A stretch of 48,677 bases of DNA from the NCBI GenBank assembly GCA_031291825.1, contig JARLIG010000003.1, positions 1 through 48,677 on the forward strand. Direction: 5' to 3'. This document shows, piece by piece, positions 43,826 through 48,677 of the stretch. Source of the DNA: Minisyncoccota bacterium. GTDB taxonomy: Bacteria; Patescibacteriota; Minisyncoccia; Phycocordibacterales; UBA9973. Below the pieces are notes generated by a model. That model was not told the DNA's origin. It was given only the letters and a program-made list of their open reading frames with translations, and ran no database searches. Both the position numbers and the translations under genes were made by a program. The stretch's first letter is position 1; each line of letters opens with the position of its first letter.

Positions 43826-44623
43826 TTAAAGGCACTTTGGATTAATACCAAGTACATAATTTTGGATTAAATTTGCTTGGGCGACAAATTGGTCACCATC
43901 AAAGCCTTTTATGTCTGCTTCAGTTACTAAGTTTTTATAATCTTCTGTGAAGCCGATAGAAAGTGGCAAGTAAGACCAGTGCCATTTTTCTTCATCATAG
44001 CCAGTCGGTCTATCGGGACCCTTGGCAGTATAAGTCTGACAGAAGCCATATTCCCAAGCATTCTGCGACATCCAATTGTATACTTCTTTGCCTTCTTCTG
44101 TATTGAAGTATTGAGGATTAGCATTATTAAAATCTATTTCTGTACCCCAGTGATGACGGGAAGTTCCAGGCACCGCACTGTATTCTAATACGTTTTGAAA
44201 TTTTTCTAAATCACTCATCGATTTTGGTAGAGCGTTCCATTTATTGTTCCAAAGATTTTTCTGATAATCAAAATTTCTGGTTGCGGAAGCTATTTTTAAA
44301 TCCACGCCGTCTTTTTGCGCCGCCGCCGCCATTTCCAAGAATGCGCTCAAAGTTTCTTGTCTTAAATACATTGTGTATCCACCGATGTCGTAATTTGCTG
44401 GCACCACAGTAAAGTCGGACCTTTGTGAGGGGTCGAATTGTCCGAGTAAATAAATTTTTTCTGCTGCCTTTGCTTCAGCTTGTTGTTGTGCTAAAAGTTG
44501 TGCAGCAATTATTTCATTTTCTTGTCTTTGTCTTAAATCTAAAAGTGAGGAAGTGACAGCAGGTATCAAAAAAAGAATAAAAACAGCAGCTGGTAATATT
44601 TTTTTGAGAGTATTTTTTTCCAC
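43826..44623 (-). CDS. M15 family D-Ala-D-Ala carboxypeptidase-like peptidase (VanY-type), membrane anchored
   Basis: An N-terminal TM helix is present. ATRNFDYQ and SRHHWGTEIDF form the zinc-binding region. GTG start. Confidence 0.75.
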   Translation of the reverse strand: MEKNTLKKILPAAVFILFLIPAVTSSLLDLRQRQENEIIAAQLLAQQQAEAKAAEKIYLLGQFDPSQRSDFTVVPANYDIGGYTMYLRQETLSAFLEMAAAAQKDGVDLKIASATRNFDYQKNLWNNKWNALPKSMSDLEKFQNVLEYSAVPGTSRHHWGTEIDFNNANPQYFNTEEGKEVYNWMSQNAWEYGFCQTYTAKGPDRPTGYDEEKWHWSYLPLSIGFTEDYKNLVTEADIKGFDGDQFVAQANLIQNYVLGINPKCL

Positions 44624-44629
44624 CTAAAG

Positions 44630-44638
44630 ACAATAACA
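44630..44638 (-). promoter_or_regulatory. Extended -10 TGtTATTGT, 6 nt upstream of GTG 44623
   Basis: Minus strand reads TGTTATTGT-ctttag-GTG. Confidence 0.4.
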
Positions 44639-44662
44639 TACAGATGCGTTTTAATCAAAATC

Positions 44663-44671
44663 TGTTATAAT
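44663..44671 (+). promoter_or_regulatory. Extended -10 TGtTATAAT, 6 nt upstream of mraY ATG 44678
   Basis: TGTTATAAT-ttataa-ATG. Confidence 0.55.
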
Positions 44672-44677
44672 TTATAA

Positions 44678-45733
44678 ATGTTTTTAAATTTACTTAAAAT
44701 TTCTTTGCCCACGACTTTTGCTTTTTTCTTGGCTCTTTTGGTAACTCCAATTGCTACTCATTTTTTCTATAAATATAAAATGTGGAAAAGATACTCACGT
44801 AGTACAACAACAGCCAATTCAACTTTTGCAAAAATTCATAACGGACAAGAAGAACTTAAAACACCTCGTGTTGGTGGCATAATTATTTGGTTGTCAGCTT
44901 TGCTGACGACGCTAGTTTTTTATTTACTATCAATATTATTTCCATCTGCTGGTACAGAAAAAATGAATTTTTTGAGCCGTAATCAAACCTTGATACCATT
45001 TTTTACACTTCTGCTTGGTTCATTGATTGGGCTTTGGGATGATTTAATGCAAATTTACGGAACGGGAAAATTTGCGCACGACGATAAGGCTTGGCGTAAA
45101 TGGAAAGTTTTTTTAGTAACTTCGATTTCATTTCTTATTGGATGCTGGTTTTTTTATAAACTAGGAATGACAACGCTCCATATTCCATTTGGCGGAGAAC
45201 TTTATTTTGGTATTTTTATTATTCCATTTTTTATAATTGTAGCCTTGGCAACTTTTTCTGGTGGAGTGATAGATGGTATTGATGGACTTTCAGGTGGGGT
45301 TTTAGGTTGTATTTTTGCCGCGTATTCTGTCATTGCTTATGCAAATCATCAGGTAAACCTAGCAGCTTTTTCTGGAGTAATTGCCGGAGTTATATTAGCT
45401 TTTCTTTGGTTTAATATTCCACCAGCTAGATTTTACATGGGAGAAACTGGCATCATGGGACTGACCATTACTTTAGCCACCTTTGCATTTTTAACTAACT
45501 CAGTTTTTATTCTGCCAATTATTGCGTTGCCGTTAGTTATCACTTCAGGTTCGGTTATTTTACAATTGCTTTCTAAAAAATTCAGAAATGGAAAAAAAAT
45601 ATTTAAACTAGCTCCCATCCATCACCACTTTGAAGCTATCGGTTGGTCTCCCGCCAAAGTAACAATGCGTTTCTGGATTCTTTCAATTGTATTTTCGATT
45701 ATTGGCGTAATTTTAGTTGTGATTAGTAGATAA
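44678..45733 (+). CDS. mraY: Phospho-N-acetylmuramoyl-pentapeptide transferase
   Basis: It is a polytopic membrane protein. Motifs: PRVGGII, VIDGIDGLSGG, APIHHHFE. Confidence 0.92.
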   Translation: MFLNLLKISLPTTFAFFLALLVTPIATHFFYKYKMWKRYSRSTTTANSTFAKIHNGQEELKTPRVGGIIIWLSALLTTLVFYLLSILFPSAGTEKMNFLSRNQTLIPFFTLLLGSLIGLWDDLMQIYGTGKFAHDDKAWRKWKVFLVTSISFLIGCWFFYKLGMTTLHIPFGGELYFGIFIIPFFIIVALATFSGGVIDGIDGLSGGVLGCIFAAYSVIAYANHQVNLAAFSGVIAGVILAFLWFNIPPARFYMGETGIMGLTITLATFAFLTNSVFILPIIALPLVITSGSVILQLLSKKFRNGKKIFKLAPIHHHFEAIGWSPAKVTMRFWILSIVFSIIGVILVVISR

Positions 45734-45734
45734 A

Positions 45735-46838
45735 ATGAAAGAAAAAAAAGTAGATAAATTTTTTTTTATAATTGTGTTTCTGCTACTTTTTATTGGAGTT
45801 GCGATGTTTATTTCCGCTTCGCTTGGAATTTTAGCTAGAAGCGAGTCAACCTTTTATTCTGTGCTTTTTAGTCAGTTGGTTCTTGGGCTTTGTTTAGGCA
45901 TTGTCGCTATGTTCATCTGCTTAAGAATAAATTATAAATTTTGGCGTAACTATTCTTTTATAATTTTTATCGGCTCAATTCTTTTAACGGCGGCAGTTTT
46001 TATCCCTCACCTTGGGTGGAATCATGGAGGTGCTGAAAGATGGATTCAGATTGGGCGAATACAATTTCAGCCGGTAGAATTTTTAAAATTTGCTTTTGTG
46101 ATTTACTTTGCAGCACTGCTGTCTTGGGCAAAAAACAAAGTGCAAGATTTTAGATTTGGAATGTTGCCTTTCGGTATAATGATTACCATAATTGCCATTG
46201 TTTTATTAAAGCAGCCAGATACAAAAAGTTTTATTTTGATTACTCTGACCGGCATATCAATGCTTTTTGTCTCTGGGGTTCCAATAAAATATATTTTAGG
46301 TACTGGGGTGGGTTTGGTAATTTTATTTGGCTCGTTGGTTTATACTACTCCATATCTACAGCAACGGGTGAAAACTTTTATCGACCCTTCGCAAGATGGA
46401 CAAGGTTCTTCTTATCAAATTCAACAGTCATTGATTGCGATTGGTTCTGGTGGCATATTTGGCCGAGGATATGGTCAAAGTATTCAAAAATTTAACTATC
46501 TTCCAGAACCGCAAGGGGATTCTATTTTTGCTGTATTAGGTGAAGAGTTGGGATTTATCGGCGCTGCCGGAGTAATCTTTCTTTATATACTTTTTTTACT
46601 ACGTGGATTTTATATTGCGAATAGGTCGCCAGATCTTTTTAGTGGACTTTTGGTGCACGGAATTGTTATACTCATTACATTACAGTCGTTTATGCATATT
46701 GCTTCTGTAACTGGAGTTTTTCCTCTTACTGGAGTGCCCTTAGTCTTTATGAGCCAAGGAGGCACTTCACTCATGGTGTATCTCGCTGCAATGGGTATTG
46801 TGCTTAATATTTCAAAATTTCAGAAGAAAAGCACATGA
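45735..46838 (+). CDS. ftsW: SEDS family peptidoglycan polymerase FtsW
   Basis: QPVEFLKF, YQIQQSLIAIGSGGIFGRG, PEPQGDSIFAVLGEELGFIG. Position between mraY and murG. Confidence 0.88.
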   Translation: MKEKKVDKFFFIIVFLLLFIGVAMFISASLGILARSESTFYSVLFSQLVLGLCLGIVAMFICLRINYKFWRNYSFIIFIGSILLTAAVFIPHLGWNHGGAERWIQIGRIQFQPVEFLKFAFVIYFAALLSWAKNKVQDFRFGMLPFGIMITIIAIVLLKQPDTKSFILITLTGISMLFVSGVPIKYILGTGVGLVILFGSLVYTTPYLQQRVKTFIDPSQDGQGSSYQIQQSLIAIGSGGIFGRGYGQSIQKFNYLPEPQGDSIFAVLGEELGFIGAAGVIFLYILFLLRGFYIANRSPDLFSGLLVHGIVILITLQSFMHIASVTGVFPLTGVPLVFMSQGGTSLMVYLAAMGIVLNISKFQKKST

Positions 46839-46964
46839 ATCCCGTTAAAAGCCGCGATCGCAATTTAAAAAAACATAATTAAAAATATGATGTTAAATTT
46901 CAAAAAAATTATTAACCTAACATATCAGACGCGCGAGTTGATCGCGATCTGCTTCTAACGGGAT
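46839..46964. mobile_element. MITE-like element with imperfect ~23-nt terminal inverted repeats filling the ftsW-murG spacer
   Basis: Left end is ATCCCGTTAAAAGCCGCGATCGC. Reverse complement of the right end is ATCCCGTTAGAAGCAGATCGCGATC. The interior is AT-rich. It starts right after the ftsW TGA and its right end overlaps the murG ATG. Confidence 0.55.
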
Positions 46965-48093
46965 GAAAATAGTTTTTACAGGTGGAGGAACGGGAGGACA
47001 TTTTTATCCGATTATCGCTGTTGCCGAAAAAGTCAATCAAATTATTGACAGGGAACACGTAATAAAATCCAAACTTTATTATTTTTCTGACAGTCCCTAT
47101 GACAAAGAATTATTGGTTCAAAATGGTATGTTCTATGAAGAGGTAAATTCTGGGAAAATGCGTACATACTTTTCCTTGAAAAATTTTTCAGATATTATTA
47201 AAATAATTTTTGGAACAATTAATGCAGTTTATAAAGTTTTTTCCATTTATCCAGATGTGGTATTTGGAAAAGGAGGATATGCTTCTTTCCCGACAATTTT
47301 TGCCGCGAGGTTCCTCGGTATTCCTGTGGTTATTCATGAATCAGACTCGGCGCCAGGAAGAGTTAATAAATGGGCTGGGCATTTTGCAAAAAGAATCGCT
47401 GTGTCTTTTCCAGAGGCTGTAGATTATTTTCCAAAGAAGAATGTAGCTTGGACAGGTCAACCTATTAGGGCCGAAATAGAACATCCAGCCCCTAAAAAAG
47501 AAGCGCTCAACTATTTTAAATTAGAAGAAAGTATTCCAACTATTTTTGTTTTAGGAGGCTCTCAGGGGGCAGAATTAATCAATAACACTATTTTGGATGC
47601 GTTGCCAAATTTAACAAAAAAATATCAAATTATTCATCAAACTGGTATTAAAAATTTTAAAAATGTTTCTGCTCAGGCTAAAGTAGTTTTAGCAAAAAGT
47701 AAACAGGATTCAAGATACATGCCGATGCCTTTCTTGAATTCTTTGCAGATGAAAATGGCGGCTGGAGCAGCTACAATTATTGTTTCTCGCGCGGGGTCAA
47801 CTATTTTTGAAATAGCTTCTTGGGGTGTACCCTCGATTTTAATTCCTTTCACTAATTCTAATGCTGATCATTCCAGAAAGAATGCTTTTAGCTATGCCCG
47901 TGCTGGCGCCTGTAGTGTGATTGAAGAAGCAAATATGACAGCTAATATTCTAGATTCAGAAATTGATAGAATATTGGGCAATAAAGCTGAATATGACTTT
48001 ATGGTAAAAAATACGAAATCTTTCAACAAGCCTGGCGCAGCCGAAAAAATAGCCCAAGAATTGGTATATATCGCTTTGAGCCACGAGAGATAA
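46963..48093 (+). CDS. murG: UDP-N-acetylglucosamine--LPS/lipid I N-acetylglucosamine transferase MurG
   Basis: FTGGGTGGHFYP, HESDSAPG, VSRAGSTIFEIA. Confidence 0.92.
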   Translation: MKIVFTGGGTGGHFYPIIAVAEKVNQIIDREHVIKSKLYYFSDSPYDKELLVQNGMFYEEVNSGKMRTYFSLKNFSDIIKIIFGTINAVYKVFSIYPDVVFGKGGYASFPTIFAARFLGIPVVIHESDSAPGRVNKWAGHFAKRIAVSFPEAVDYFPKKNVAWTGQPIRAEIEHPAPKKEALNYFKLEESIPTIFVLGGSQGAELINNTILDALPNLTKKYQIIHQTGIKNFKNVSAQAKVVLAKSKQDSRYMPMPFLNSLQMKMAAGAATIIVSRAGSTIFEIASWGVPSILIPFTNSNADHSRKNAFSYARAGACSVIEEANMTANILDSEIDRILGNKAEYDFMVKNTKSFNKPGAAEKIAQELVYIALSHER

Positions 48094-48159
48094 ATGCTAA
48101 AATGTTCTAGAGAGATAGAAATTCAAAATGGAAAGGGTAGAAGTTGCCGCAGTTTTATT

Positions 48160-48677
48160 ATGAAAAAAATTACTATATTTATATTTATAATTGGTTTCTT
48201 TTTTTGTCATTCCATATTTGTATTTGCGGATATTGGCGATATGACAACTTATACTGGTACGGGGTCTTTTCCTGCTGCTATCGCTTTTGATGGCACTAAT
48301 ATGTGGACGGCGAACGAAAATGATAACGGAAATCTCGGTAGTGCTACAAAAATTTCACCGACGGGCGTCGTATCGACCTATACAGGAACAGATTATCGCC
48401 CCGATGGCATCGCCTTTGATGGTATTAATATGTGGACAGCAAACAACTGGGGTTCTGGTGCAACAAAGATCTCATCGACCGGTGTCACGACAAGCTATCG
48501 TGACCCAGCAGGTACCGCTGATCCTGCCGGTATAGCTTTTGATGGCACCAATATGTGGACAGTGGATACACAGGATGGTAGTGTGATGAAAATCTTGCCG
48601 ACCGGCATCATGACGAAATACTCCATGCCATCGGGTGCTCGTCCGATTGCCATCGCTTTTGATGGTATTAATATGTG
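48160..48677 (+). CDS. Secreted beta-propeller-type repeat protein (NHL / Vgb-lyase-like repeats), 3' partial at window end
   Basis: Not in the ORF track because it runs off the window. Hand translation MKKITIFIFIIGFFFCHSIFVFA (signal peptide), then about 40-aa repeats containing P.(A/G)IAFDG.NMWT...(G)(S).(T/M)KI..TG...... Confidence 0.7.
   Translation, partial: MKKITIFIFIIGFFFCHSIFVFADIGDMTTYTGTGSFPAAIAFDGTNMWTANENDNGNLGSATKISPTGVVSTYTGTDYRPDGIAFDGINMWTANNWGSGATKISSTGVTTSYRDPAGTADPAGIAFDGTNMWTVDTQDGSVMKILPTGIMTKYSMPSGARPIAIAFDGINM

Noticed and set aside
48287-48535. 82-aa plus-strand ORF
   Set aside because: It is out of frame with the open, repeat-containing frame that starts at ATG 48160 with a signal peptide and continues to the window end.

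Overview
AT-rich, gene-dense chromosomal segment. Its content suggests a reduced Candidate Phyla Radiation / Patescibacteria (Parcubacteria-type) genome; this lineage call is an inference from compact aminoacyl-tRNA synthetases, a sigma-region-4/HARE-HTH protein, soluble TraD/VirD4-like ATPases with a CxxC-x17-CxxC tail, and few biosynthetic genes. No database search was possible. Recognisable content by coordinate: tRNA-Tyr; typA; mltG; mnmA; alaS. Then infA-rpmJ-rpsM-rpsK-rpsD-rpoA-rplQ-rplM-rpsI. Then a rearranged chaperone locus: grpE, a Cys-rich ORF, a divergent PaaX-like regulator, dnaK, a small ORF, two T4CP-like ATPases, dnaJ. Then aguB-aguA; cysS; rplU; recR; dnaB; trpS; a candidate RNase P RNA; aspS; a riboflavin cluster (kinase-ribE-ribH-ribBA); pepN; scpA-scpB; an M15 peptidase; mraY-ftsW-murG; and a partial secreted beta-propeller repeat protein. 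No CRISPR array, rRNA, transposase or prophage genes were seen. Four things stand out. (1) Several families of GC-rich palindromic / TIR-bounded miniature elements fill intergenic spacers; two sit in frame inside mnmA and two supply the C-termini and stop codons of scpA and scpB. (2) A -10 box (often TGnTAnnnT) lies 6 nt upstream of the start codon of about eight operon-leading genes (7-8 nt at three more), implying leaderless mRNAs. (3) The dnaK-dnaJ pair is interrupted by two paralogous membrane-less coupling-protein-like ATPases. (4) A large Cys-rich repeat protein is translationally coupled to grpE, next to a PaaX-like regulator with a perfect GC palindrome at the dnaK promoter; no HrcA or CIRCE was seen.
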